Part shown: one piece after another, positions 10,383 to 20,051 of the stretch | Layout of the letters: each line of letters begins with the position of its first letter | Position numbering within the stretch: the first letter of the stretch is position 1 | Notes under the pieces: model-generated | Seen by the model: the letters and a program-made list of their open reading frames with translations, nothing else | Database searches by the model: none | What the model was told of the DNA's origin: nothing | Position numbers and translations under genes: made by a program | From: an uncultured Methanosarcinales archaeon | Lineage (GTDB): Archaea; Nanobdellota; Nanobdellia; Woesearchaeales; CAZOXR01 | DNA length: 48,761 bases | Reading direction: 5' to 3' | Assembly: GCA_964566535.1 (NCBI GenBank) | Contig: CAZMIO010000008.1 | Location: 1 to 48,761 of the forward strand

Positions 10383-10928
10383 ATGATCACTGAATTAGCA
10401 GAAATCAAAGGATTGAGAAACAAGCTAGGTTTAACTCAGTCGCAGCTGGCTAAAATCTCAGGAGTATCTCAAAGCTTAATAGCTAAGATTGAAGCAGATA
10501 GAATTGACCCTACTTATACTAAAGTAAAAAAAATATTCACAGCATTAAATGACTACGGCAAAAAACAAGAGCTAAAAGCAAAGGACATAATGAATAAAAA
10601 GGTAGTCTCAGTAAAACCAAATGAAAAAATCTCAGAAGCTATCAAAAAGATGAGGTCTTTCAAGATCTCCCAATTACCAGTAGTTGAAGAACACAAATCA
10701 ATAGGTTTAGTATCAGAAGCAATCATTCTAGACTCAATGCTAAATAAAAAAGGAGATAAGATCAAAGATATCATGAGAGACTCACCACCAGTCATATCAG
10801 AAAAAACAGCAGTCAATGTAATCTCAAACCTACTACATTCATGTCAACTAGTCCTAGTCTCAGAAAGCGGTAGATTAAATGGCGTTGTAACAAGAGCTGA
10901 TATTCTAACTAAAGCTTATAGTAAGTGA
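10383..10928 (+). CDS. XRE-HTH plus CBS-pair transcriptional regulator
   Basis: LTQSQLAKISGVSQSLIAKIE..RIDP followed by two CBS domains. Confidence 0.9.
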   Translation: MITELAEIKGLRNKLGLTQSQLAKISGVSQSLIAKIEADRIDPTYTKVKKIFTALNDYGKKQELKAKDIMNKKVVSVKPNEKISEAIKKMRSFKISQLPVVEEHKSIGLVSEAIILDSMLNKKGDKIKDIMRDSPPVISEKTAVNVISNLLHSCQLVLVSESGRLNGVVTRADILTKAYSK

Positions 10929-11080
10929 AATGGATGATTAAATTAAATCAAATTTGAGTTCTAGAAAAAAATAGAAATGTTCGTGCTAACACATAGATAT
11001 TCTCGACCAAAATCTCAAAAATTTTTGCAAATAAGAAAATAAAAATAGGATATAATTTGTAGAAAAAACAAATATTTATC

Positions 11081-12085
11081 TTAAAAATTTTCTAGATCCG
11101 ATTCGCTAATACCCATATTTGAAGGAATATAAAACACTACTCCTAACCCTTTTTCTTCTAACAGACCCCTTAAATGTTTTCCGTGAGCAGCTCCAACCCT
11201 AATTTCAATTATATTTTGTTCACTATTTGCTAATAATGATTCAATGTACTCTGCCATTTTAACACTTCTATCATAAGCAAGACCACGTGATTCGCGAACT
11301 ATTTCCCATAATTTATTTTCAATTGCACCATCCTCATCGCCATTTCTTTCTCTTTCTTCAATCAAAGCATCGCCTTTCTCATATAGTCTTAGCTGTTTGG
11401 CCTTCAATTCACTATCATCAATTCCCCTAGTCTCTACATCAGGACCATGCAATCCTTCATATAAAACTACTACACTCTGTCCTTGTTCCAGTATTGTCCT
11501 TAATCGAGCTTCATATTTGTCTGCAAGTTCTTGTCTCTCAGCCTCAGATGTTGCAGGATCTGTCATAGCAGTATACGCTCCTTGAAGGAAACTAATATGC
11601 TCATCAGAAAAAGGCAACTTAGTTGTAAATTCCGTTCCATCGATCCATCCTTCCAATCCAATTAGCCGGATACCATTTTCCTTATAATGTCTCTCAAGAT
11701 CTAAATACGCTGCCACCCTACCCTCAATAGAATTATGATCTTCACCTTGAATAACAACTACCTTATTTCCTATCAAATTTTTATGTAAAACTTCACCGTT
11801 CACCCTTAGTGGATTTTCAATACCATACTCTGATAAATCAATTCCTTGTAATTCGCCCCCATATTCCAATTCAAGCAGAGATGAACCATATGTTGGTTCA
11901 AGAATAGTCTCAATTGTATTTTGGTTTGATTGTGCCGGGCTGTTCATAGATATGCCTGCAGCTACTAAACTTAAAGCTATGCCCCCACGAACTCTTCGTG
12001 ATAAGTCATCCTGATTTCCATTCAATAATTCATATTTAGAGTGCAAATAATCCAAAACTTTATTGACACCATTTACTAATCTCAT
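11081..12085 (-). CDS. Membrane-anchored/secreted protein, probable TIKI/TraB/EreA/ChaN superfamily
   Basis: N-terminal hydrophobic stretch; GEDH, IGLEG, DRSVKM, VGAAH motifs in the expected order; start moved to MRLVNG after a TATA box. Confidence 0.6.
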   Translation of the reverse strand: MRLVNGVNKVLDYLHSKYELLNGNQDDLSRRVRGGIALSLVAAGISMNSPAQSNQNTIETILEPTYGSSLLELEYGGELQGIDLSEYGIENPLRVNGEVLHKNLIGNKVVVIQGEDHNSIEGRVAAYLDLERHYKENGIRLIGLEGWIDGTEFTTKLPFSDEHISFLQGAYTAMTDPATSEAERQELADKYEARLRTILEQGQSVVVLYEGLHGPDVETRGIDDSELKAKQLRLYEKGDALIEERERNGDEDGAIENKLWEIVRESRGLAYDRSVKMAEYIESLLANSEQNIIEIRVGAAHGKHLRGLLEEKGLGVVFYIPSNMGISESDLENF

Positions 12086-12239
12086 ATAAAATAGGAAATT
12101 TTTGCCATTTATAAACATTTCCATATTATTACTACTTATCAATGACTAATCAAATAATACCTCATATTTAAATTAAACATAAAAAACACCACGTGCCATA
12201 ATTCATTGATATAAAGAAATAATGAGAGAACCAAGAGCA

Positions 12240-12944
12240 TCACCTCAACTTTCTTAACTCACCAAACCTATAAACCTTATCTGCAACAATATACACTTCA
12301 AACTCGTCTAGGTTCTGCTTCAACAAAGGACTCAACACCTTCTCCTTAAGAACATCCGTACCTTCCTGAACTAAATTAAAAGATGGCATAACTATTAACC
12401 CCTTACCCTTAAACTTACCCTTCAAAAAGCACTTAAATGTCTCGACCCTAGAACCCTCACGAAGCGATATAGCAGGATGTTCATGCCCAATAACCACCGT
12501 CTTAACACCATCCAAATCGGCCTTACTAGGCATCTTATCCCCATGCACAACCAAAACGTCACCAATAACTATCTTATCAACAACCCTAACGCCCCTTTTC
12601 TGCGCAATAGGGCCCAATATCTTATCATGATTGCCCCGAACCAGCACAACCTCTGAACAATACTTCTTCAAAAAATCAAGCAATTTTAGAGTATGTCTCC
12701 ATTCTGTCTCAGAGATAGTTCCAAATTCATGCTTCACATCACCATTCACCACAATCTTATCAAACCGATTACCCTCTAAAATCCCCTTTAACCTATCAAT
12801 AAGCTCCTTAAACTGAAATCTAGGTATCAATACGCCTTGTTTATTTAGTGCTTCCTCATATCCTACATGAGTATCAGCAATAACTAAATTACCATCAACC
12901 ACTAAACCAAGATCCTTAACCCTAATGCCCTTCATAATTTCCAT
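12240..12944 (-). CDS. Calcineurin-like metallophosphoesterase (SbcD/Mre11-related archaeal family)
   Basis: DTHVG, NGDVKH, GNHD, HGD, GHEHP. Confidence 0.9.
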   Translation of the reverse strand: MEIMKGIRVKDLGLVVDGNLVIADTHVGYEEALNKQGVLIPRFQFKELIDRLKGILEGNRFDKIVVNGDVKHEFGTISETEWRHTLKLLDFLKKYCSEVVLVRGNHDKILGPIAQKRGVRVVDKIVIGDVLVVHGDKMPSKADLDGVKTVVIGHEHPAISLREGSRVETFKCFLKGKFKGKGLIVMPSFNLVQEGTDVLKEKVLSPLLKQNLDEFEVYIVADKVYRFGELRKLR

Positions 12945-13018
12945 AGAAATAGTCCATCTTCTAAGTTATATAAAGATTATTAAAAGAAAAAGAAAAAAAA
13001 GAAAAAAATTTATTTTAT

Positions 13019-13378
13019 TTATTCTATTTTCGATAGAGCAATAACATCCTTAAGTGCCACAACAACAGTTGCAGGTACTACGAATGTCAATATACCATTC
13101 AAGATGCCCATTATATATGTACCAACTAATTGGACAGCTCCTAGACTTTGGTATGCGTTACCTCCAGCGAATGCAACAATAACTAATATGGTTGCTACTG
13201 TTAAGAACTCAGTTGTTTCCTTTCCTGTAACGTTAAGGAATCCTACTACCAATCCTAGAACTACTAAAATTGATGTAAGCCACTGAGTCAGAACATCTCC
13301 TAAAGGTAATGCTAAGCCCAATAATACAGCTATAATCACTCCAATCACAAAGGAGTAATGACCGACTTTCTTTTCCAT
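13019..13378 (-). CDS. Small 4-TM membrane protein
   Basis: Hydrophobic 119-aa ORF; GAGGTGA SD. Confidence 0.8.
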   Translation of the reverse strand: MEKKVGHYSFVIGVIIAVLLGLALPLGDVLTQWLTSILVVLGLVVGFLNVTGKETTEFLTVATILVIVAFAGGNAYQSLGAVQLVGTYIMGILNGILTFVVPATVVVALKDVIALSKIE

Positions 13379-13573
13379 TTGTTTTCACCTCGCGCGTTTC
13401 GTTTATATTTTTTTATTTTTATCCGACTCTTTTTTCCCATTGACTATTCTTATTGATAATCAATAGAGTTATACATCTATATAAATCTTTCTATTATAGA
13501 TAAACCCAGATAGTAAGCTTTATATATAAGCAATACTTTTAACATCGTTGTTAATCAATAGGGGGTTAACTGT

Positions 13574-14248
13574 ATGTTTAAGGGAGATATAGAGAAGAAG
13601 ATAGTTGAATTTGTCAAAAAAAGCCCCATTGGAGCTACATCTACTGAAATATCTAAATATCTGAATATAAATCGGATAACTCTAGCTAAATACCTGTCCG
13701 TTATCAAAGAAAAGACCTTAATCGACTTTAAACAGCTAGGTATGTCCAAATTGTGGTACATTCCAGTAAATATCAACGATAAAGAGTTCTTAAGGTCTAT
13801 GCTTCTAGGCACAATTTCAAGTTTAGACGAGAATACTTCAAAAGAAGCAATAAGAAAGAGCGCATTAAAGATTGCCAAAAATATTGAAGAGCTATACAAA
13901 CGCTTCTATGATGTAGAAAAACTCAACTTAGATCAATTCTGTGAAGCCGTTGTTGATGTAGAAAAGAAAATAGGTGGAGAATTCAAAGTAGTTGAAAAAA
14001 GCAATAATAGAGTAATCTTTAGAGTTCTAGCGTGTCCATTTGGCCCAGAAGTAACCAAATGCCCCGGTATGTGCACAGTAACATCAACAATTTTAGGCAC
14101 ACTAGCAGCAAAAAGCTTTGGTTATAGCAAAGTAATCCTTAAAAAAACAATAGCCAGGGGCTCAGATAACTGTTATATCATAGTTCACCTCAAAAAATCA
14201 GAGGAAAGCGAGAAAGAAAAAACAACTGAATACTTCCCTGGAGATTAA
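13574..14248 (+). CDS. wHTH plus V4R/MetOD1-like sensor domain regulator
   Basis: N-terminal HTH (STEISKYLNINRITLAKYL); C-terminal CPFG...C..C...TIARG...C. Confidence 0.75.
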   Translation: MFKGDIEKKIVEFVKKSPIGATSTEISKYLNINRITLAKYLSVIKEKTLIDFKQLGMSKLWYIPVNINDKEFLRSMLLGTISSLDENTSKEAIRKSALKIAKNIEELYKRFYDVEKLNLDQFCEAVVDVEKKIGGEFKVVEKSNNRVIFRVLACPFGPEVTKCPGMCTVTSTILGTLAAKSFGYSKVILKKTIARGSDNCYIIVHLKKSEESEKEKTTEYFPGD

Positions 14249-14249
14249 A

Positions 14250-14340
14250 TATAGCAAAAGACACAAGTTTTTGTACACAATATGTCTTTTACTTATTACG
14301 AACGGACAACTATTGTCAATTATTTTTGTCAGTAAGTATA
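14250..14340. repeat. Conserved two-hairpin non-coding element, copy 1
   Basis: Shares TATAGCAAA, an identical 19-mer CTTATTACGAACGGACAAC and TTGTC(A/C)GTAAGTATA with 21633-21727. Confidence 0.8.
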
Positions 14341-14420
14341 GTCCAATTTTAGACATTCCCACCTCCCTTTTTCTGTAATAAGACATTAAATTTAAAAACA
14401 CATCAATAAAGTAAACAAAT

Positions 14421-15593
14421 ATGAACTCAAAAGAAATAATAAACTCAGAAAAGAAGCATATAATGCCAACTTATGGTAGATTCCCAATCGTAATCGACCA
14501 TGGCAAAGGCAGCTACATCTTCGACAAAGAAGGAAATAAATACCTTGATCTAATAGGGGGCCTAGCAACAGTACCTATTGGACATGGAAACGAAGAACTT
14601 CAAAAAACTCTATCAGAACAATCAAAGAAACTAATTAACATTACAAACTTATTCTACTCCGAACAACAAGTTATCTTAGCAGAAAAATTAGCAAAACTTT
14701 CAAACCTAGAAAAATCATTCTTCTCAAACTCAGGCTCAGAAGCAAACGAAGTAGCAATAAAGTTAGCAAGAAAAGTAAAAAACAAACCAGAGATAATCTC
14801 AACAGAAAAAGCATTCCACGGAAGAACAATGGGGGCCCTTTCAGCAACGCATAAAAAAAAGTACAAAGAATACTGCGAGCCACTAGTGCCTCACTTCAAA
14901 CACATTCCCTACAACAATGTAGAAGCACTAAAAAAAGCAATAACCAAAAACACTGCAGCTTTCATAGTTGAACCAATACAAGGAGAAGCAGGAATAGTAA
15001 TCCCAAACAAAGACTACTTAGCAAATGTAGCAAAGGTCTGCAAAGAAAACAATATCCTACTCATCATTGACGAAGTCCAAACCAGCCTAAGAACAGGAAA
15101 ATTCTTAGCTTACCAACACAACAACATAAAACCAGACATATTAACGCTAGCAAAAGGAATAGCAAATGGAGTTCCAATAGGAATAACATTAGCAAAAAAA
15201 GAAATAGCAGACAAGTTCGAGCCAGGAGACCAAGGAACTACCTTCGGAGGCAACTCATTAAGCTGTGCAGCTGCAAATTGCGTTATTAATTTTGTTGAAA
15301 AGAACAAGTTAATCGATAAAGGGAAGGAATTAGGAAACTATTTTATAGAAAAGTTAACTGTCTTAAAAGATAAACACAATTCCATAAAAGAAATAAGGGG
15401 AGTAGGATTAATGATTGCAGTAGAAACAAACAAAAGCTCAAAAGATATTGTAAACAAATGTCTAGGAAAGGGCCTACTTGTAAATCCAGTAACAGAAACT
15501 GCATTAAGATTCCTTCCACCATTGATAATCTCAAAAAAAGAGATAGACGAAGCAATAAATATACTAGATAGCGTCTTCTCCCAAAACATTTAA
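14421..15593 (+). CDS. argD: Acetylornithine aminotransferase (class III)
   Basis: NSGSEANE, FHGRT, EPIQGEAG, DEVQT, LAKG, GTTFGGN. Confidence 0.88.
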   Translation: MNSKEIINSEKKHIMPTYGRFPIVIDHGKGSYIFDKEGNKYLDLIGGLATVPIGHGNEELQKTLSEQSKKLINITNLFYSEQQVILAEKLAKLSNLEKSFFSNSGSEANEVAIKLARKVKNKPEIISTEKAFHGRTMGALSATHKKKYKEYCEPLVPHFKHIPYNNVEALKKAITKNTAAFIVEPIQGEAGIVIPNKDYLANVAKVCKENNILLIIDEVQTSLRTGKFLAYQHNNIKPDILTLAKGIANGVPIGITLAKKEIADKFEPGDQGTTFGGNSLSCAAANCVINFVEKNKLIDKGKELGNYFIEKLTVLKDKHNSIKEIRGVGLMIAVETNKSSKDIVNKCLGKGLLVNPVTETALRFLPPLIISKKEIDEAINILDSVFSQNI

Positions 15594-15618
15594 ATAATCT
15601 GCTCCTTAGAATCAATTT

Positions 15619-16281
15619 ATGCCTGATATTATTGACACTTTAAACAAAAGAGAAATCACTATATTCTACAAAGACCTTGACCAAGTATTAAGAGTGACAA
15701 CTGGAATCAACAAAGATTATGGGAGATTAGACAAAAACTTAGATAATTATATGAAAGATTATAAGAAATTAATAAACTTGTTCAACAAGAAATATCCTAA
15801 CCTCAATCTAAAGTTCAAAACAACTCTGGAAGAATTAAAGCTAGACATCCTCTTCAAAACTGAAAAGAACGTCAAAGACATTTTTATCAACGCAGCATCA
15901 AAAATTATAGGTTTAAAATCAGTTGGAGCAAAAAATATAGGCACAGCAGATGTTGCAGACCCTGAAAGGTTTTCAAATGAGGTAGAAAGAATAGACGATA
16001 AAGTCAATATATCATATTACGATGAAAATATAGGTGCTTCCACAATATTGTTAGAATTTAACAAAAAACAAAAGAAGGTCGAAATACATTATAATCTAGA
16101 TACAGTCATTGAAAAAACCTCACCTGAATTCAAACTAATTGCATACTATGCATTAAAGGATGGATTCAAGAAAAAGATTGATGTCTTCCAAGAAGGCGCA
16201 AAATTTGGATTTTTAGATTTACTAAACCAAGAAGAAAAAAAAGAGTGGGTCGATAAATTTGATCCACATATGGGAGAATAA
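15619..16281 (+). CDS. Hypothetical protein
   Basis: 220-aa ORF with host-like codon style. Confidence 0.75.
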   Translation: MPDIIDTLNKREITIFYKDLDQVLRVTTGINKDYGRLDKNLDNYMKDYKKLINLFNKKYPNLNLKFKTTLEELKLDILFKTEKNVKDIFINAASKIIGLKSVGAKNIGTADVADPERFSNEVERIDDKVNISYYDENIGASTILLEFNKKQKKVEIHYNLDTVIEKTSPEFKLIAYYALKDGFKKKIDVFQEGAKFGFLDLLNQEEKKEWVDKFDPHMGE

Positions 16282-16306
16282 AATCCCCCAAAGAGAGGTG
16301 TAAGTT

Positions 16307-17482
16307 TTGAACACAATAGTACTAATTGCATTCTGCTTAGGAGTATCCTTACTTTTCTCAGAAATATTTCGTAAAGCAAAGTATCCTAGAGTAATTGGCC
16401 AGATTATAGCCGGTATCATACTGGGTTTTCCTTTTGTAAAACTTCTTTTTACTACCCAAAATATATCAGACATAGGTTTCCTTTCTGAACTGGGAATTGT
16501 CTTCCTATTACTCCTAGTTGGATTGGAAATAAATATACCTAAACTCAGAAGATCATCAAAAGATGCATTACTAATCGCAGTTTCAAGCGCAATTATCCCA
16601 TTCATTTTAGGTTTCGGATTAATGAGATGGTTAGGATATTCTAACTTAGTTGCAGCAGTTCTTGGAAGTTCTTTGGCACTGACAGCAGAAGGAAGTAAAT
16701 TAGCCGTTCTTATAGAAACAAAAGTTCTAAACACTAGAGTGGGTTCTATCATGTTAGGCGCAGGAATATTAGATGACATCTTTGAAGTTATTTTCTTAGC
16801 ACTTTTGTTAGCATACCTCAAAAGAACTCATTTCTATCTACAACTCGTACCAATTACATTGATTGGAATAATCATAGTGATTTATTTATCGTTAAAGTTA
16901 GTGCCCAAGTTGTTCAAAGCAATGGAAGACGAAAAATCAAAAATCTCAATCCTATCAACAGTGATAGTAATTGGATTCGGAGCTGCTGCCATCTCCCACA
17001 TCATTGGTTTTGGACCAGTCATTGGAGCTTTCCTTGGAGGATTATTTATCCAAAGGATGAATAAAGGAAGGAAATTGGAACGTTTAGGTATCGATAGACT
17101 AAAAGTACTAACTTTTGCACTAATAATCCCTTTCTTTTTCATAAATATTGGAATGCATTTTAATTTTGAGAGTATCATCTCACATCCATCATTACTTCTA
17201 TACGTTTTAGCAGTAGCAGTGGCAGGAAAAATGATCGGAACAATTATCGTAACACCTCTAACCACATTAAATCTAAAACAAACAACATTAATTGGCTGGG
17301 GAATGAACTCAAGAGGGGCAATTGAATTAATCATCGCAGAAATCGCAAGAGTAAATAACATAATCCCCATTGAAATATATTCAGCAATCGTAGTAATGGC
17401 AGTAGTTACAACATTAATGTTCCCATTCGCACTAAAATACTACTTAAGAAGATATCCTGGCATAATGGATGAGAGAGCTTGA
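16307..17482 (+). CDS. Cation:proton antiporter (CPA2/NapA-like)
   Basis: Multi-TM; LLLLVGLE, GILDD, GWGMNSRG. Confidence 0.9.
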   Translation: MNTIVLIAFCLGVSLLFSEIFRKAKYPRVIGQIIAGIILGFPFVKLLFTTQNISDIGFLSELGIVFLLLLVGLEINIPKLRRSSKDALLIAVSSAIIPFILGFGLMRWLGYSNLVAAVLGSSLALTAEGSKLAVLIETKVLNTRVGSIMLGAGILDDIFEVIFLALLLAYLKRTHFYLQLVPITLIGIIIVIYLSLKLVPKLFKAMEDEKSKISILSTVIVIGFGAAAISHIIGFGPVIGAFLGGLFIQRMNKGRKLERLGIDRLKVLTFALIIPFFFINIGMHFNFESIISHPSLLLYVLAVAVAGKMIGTIIVTPLTTLNLKQTTLIGWGMNSRGAIELIIAEIARVNNIIPIEIYSAIVVMAVVTTLMFPFALKYYLRRYPGIMDERA

Positions 17483-18458
17483 AAAAATGTTATTCTTATT
17501 TACATTAGCATTGGGATTAACGGGACTGTGGTTTGGAGCTACATTAATCGTAGAGTCCGCAAAGAAGATAGCCAAGAAATTAAATGTTTCTCACGCTTTA
17601 ATTGGATTAACAATAGTCTCCATAGGAACTTCTCTACCAGAAATCGCAACAAACATTAAGTCAGGGATGATAGGCGCATCAGGAATTGCAGTTGGAACAA
17701 ATATTGGTTCTTGTCTAACTCAAATAACAATTATTCTAGGATTAACTGCCTTACTCGGAACAATGAAAGCTACAAAAAAATTAATTCGAAGAGATTTCCC
17801 AATGCTTTTGTTCGCTATAATTGCAATGTTCTTAGTTGGAATAACTGGAAACAAAATAATGTGGTTTGAAGGCCTAGCATTAATCATAATTTATCTTATC
17901 TATCTCTATGTATTAGCCAAAGATGAAAAAGTAGGATTAAAAGTAAAAGGAGAATTCAAAGAACATAAAAATGGAAACGGACATAATGGAATATACTCAA
18001 AAAATTTAACCATCATGGCCTTCGGAGTTCTGATCCTAATCTACACATCAGAAATGGTTGTAAGCAGCGCACTTGACCTAGCAGAATATTGGGGAGTCGC
18101 ACAATCTTTTGTAGGAGTAATGATAATTGGTGTTGGGACTGGCCTCCCAGAACTATCGACTGCAATTACTGGAATTCTAAGAAAAGCCTCAGGAGTTTCA
18201 ATCGGAACTTTAATTGGTTCAAACGTTACAGACCCAATGTTCTCTCTAGGTGCAGGAGCAATAGCATCAGGATCGTTTTTAGTTTTTGAAAACAACTTAT
18301 TATTCTTCGACATGCCATTCTGGATAATAGCATCAATAATTGCATTCTTCCTTTTCAGCAGAAACATGAAGATAGGAAAAGCCGACAAGAAAGAAGGTCT
18401 GACTTTGATTGCACTTTATGTTTTGTTTGTTTTCTTAAAAATTAAGTTTTTTCTTTAA
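17469..18458 (+). CDS. Ca2+/Na+ antiporter (YrbG/CaCA family)
   Basis: Two alpha repeats GTSLPE..GTNIGS and GTGLPE..GTLIGS. Confidence 0.9.
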   Translation: MRELEKMLFLFTLALGLTGLWFGATLIVESAKKIAKKLNVSHALIGLTIVSIGTSLPEIATNIKSGMIGASGIAVGTNIGSCLTQITIILGLTALLGTMKATKKLIRRDFPMLLFAIIAMFLVGITGNKIMWFEGLALIIIYLIYLYVLAKDEKVGLKVKGEFKEHKNGNGHNGIYSKNLTIMAFGVLILIYTSEMVVSSALDLAEYWGVAQSFVGVMIIGVGTGLPELSTAITGILRKASGVSIGTLIGSNVTDPMFSLGAGAIASGSFLVFENNLLFFDMPFWIIASIIAFFLFSRNMKIGKADKKEGLTLIALYVLFVFLKIKFFL

Positions 18459-18466
18459 AAAAATTC

Positions 18467-19198
18467 TTATCTTACAAGTTCAAATAAACTTTCACTTCTA
18501 ACTTCAAACGTTGGAACATCCACTGTTCTCCTTTGAAGATCATCATGAATTTGTTCAGAATCTAATTGAGATTGTGTTCTATGATAAAATTCAGGAACCG
18601 CAGCAAAAACATCACCCTCACTTTTTTCTTTATTCTACACCATCATAACAAACTCTCTCTTTACTTTTGCGTCCAAAAACAAAAGTAGCAGCCCCTTCAA
18701 TTAATGGTTCTAGTTCTCCAACCTCAAGCATAGCATCGTGCAATACATCTGCAATAGATTCCGGTCCCCGTTCTTTAACTTCTTGAGTTAACCCATCTTT
18801 AAATCTATTATGATGGGGATTAAGACCATCCTCATTAAATCTCAAACCATAACAAAAAAATCACCAGGATAAAGTCTTCTTGGCGTTATATCGATGCTCC
18901 CATGATGAAAAATTGCCCTTTCCCCGTCAGTAAATGTAACAACTGCATCACCTCTTAATCCAAGTGATCCTAAATAAGTTCGGAGAGGATTTACAATATT
19001 GTCCCTAAATGATCTATGTAAAATTCTACCAATTGCTGCTGTATCCATAGTGCCAGCATATGTAAAATAAAAATTTCCACTGTAAAACTCCCAAAGTTTT
19101 TCTTCGTAACCCACACTAGCCGAAGAAGTATGGAACACTCGAAGATCAGTAGACAACACACAATACCCTCTTCCTTGATAACCAGCAATTAAAGTCAT
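18467..19198 (-). pseudogene. Frameshifted gene with Ntn-hydrolase/proteasome-beta-like N-terminus
   Basis: MTLIAG...STDLR start; coding-like sequence continues in the -1 frame past a T7 run (18854-18860), then in the original frame from ~18633 to 18467. Confidence 0.45.
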
Positions 19199-19340
19199 AA
19201 TAAACTAGGAATTTAATTTCATTTTTAAAACATTACCTTACTTATAATTTATTTGAGATAGATATAAAAGTTTCCTTATATCCCATACGTTTTAACTAAA
19301 ATAAAAAAGTTACCAATTAGTTACTCTTAACAAGTAGTAT

Positions 19341-19360
19341 AAAATAGAAAGATTTATAAA
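19341..19360 (+). promoter_or_regulatory. BRE-TATA promoter
   Basis: AAAATAGAAAGATTTATAAA, 22 nt before ATG 19383; identical 20-mer at 48024-48043. Confidence 0.75.
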
Positions 19361-19382
19361 CTACCAAAACAGGTGAATTACT

Positions 19383-20051
19383 ATGGCAGAAGACTATAAA
19401 CCTCAAGTTAGAAGTTTAATTGATAGTGATAACCCTGATATTGTTGGATGGCATAGCACCTCAGTAGAATCAATTCTAGAAGCTGCTAAAACAGGTAAAC
19501 TGCCCGGTTACGACGAGAAACATACAGATGATCCAGACTCATCGATTAAGGGCCTTCTATTATTCACACCCTTAAGAGAACAGTTTGAAGGAACAGAATT
19601 TTATGCTAAACTCGTAGAAGTTGATGAAGATGATATGTTCAGCGCTCAAGAAATGTATGCTCAAACAAAAGCATTTGTACATTATTTAGTTAAGGAGTTA
19701 GGATTTATGCCCCAACAAACAGATTTAGTCAACCTATCATGTTATGACACCCCTATCGAGAATGAAACAGTTGCTGATGACATAGATGCTCTTATTCAAG
19801 AATCTGCAGGATACGATATCAAAGAAGAAAGAGTAAGGCAAATTATTGATGAAGCAACAAAAAGAAAAGGAGTCCACATTGGATTAACTAAGGAAGTCAA
19901 AGAACTTCCATTGGTTCCAGACCCTGATCAAAAAGGATACGCACTAGCAATCCCTACTGAAGATTTAGATATAAAATACATCGCAACAATTACGCCACTT
20001 TCTAAGATAGACAGAAAAACATTAGAAGAACAATTAACTACATCCCTTTAG
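19383..20051 (+). CDS. Acidic orphan protein, possible ADP-ribosyltransferase fold
   Basis: WHSTSVESILEAAKTGKLP resembles the YHGT...I...GL.P start of HYE-type ARTs. Confidence 0.6.
   Translation: MAEDYKPQVRSLIDSDNPDIVGWHSTSVESILEAAKTGKLPGYDEKHTDDPDSSIKGLLLFTPLREQFEGTEFYAKLVEVDEDDMFSAQEMYAQTKAFVHYLVKELGFMPQQTDLVNLSCYDTPIENETVADDIDALIQESAGYDIKEERVRQIIDEATKRKGVHIGLTKEVKELPLVPDPDQKGYALAIPTEDLDIKYIATITPLSKIDRKTLEEQLTTSL

Noticed and set aside
10292..10423. N-terminal extension of the radical SAM ORF in the track
   Set aside because: Overlaps the divergent HTH-CBS gene and contains the TATA box; likely start is 10291
14198..14401. Minus-strand ORF with GGAGGTG before ATG across the conserved element
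   Set aside because: The second copy has indels and in-frame stops, so conservation is not at protein level
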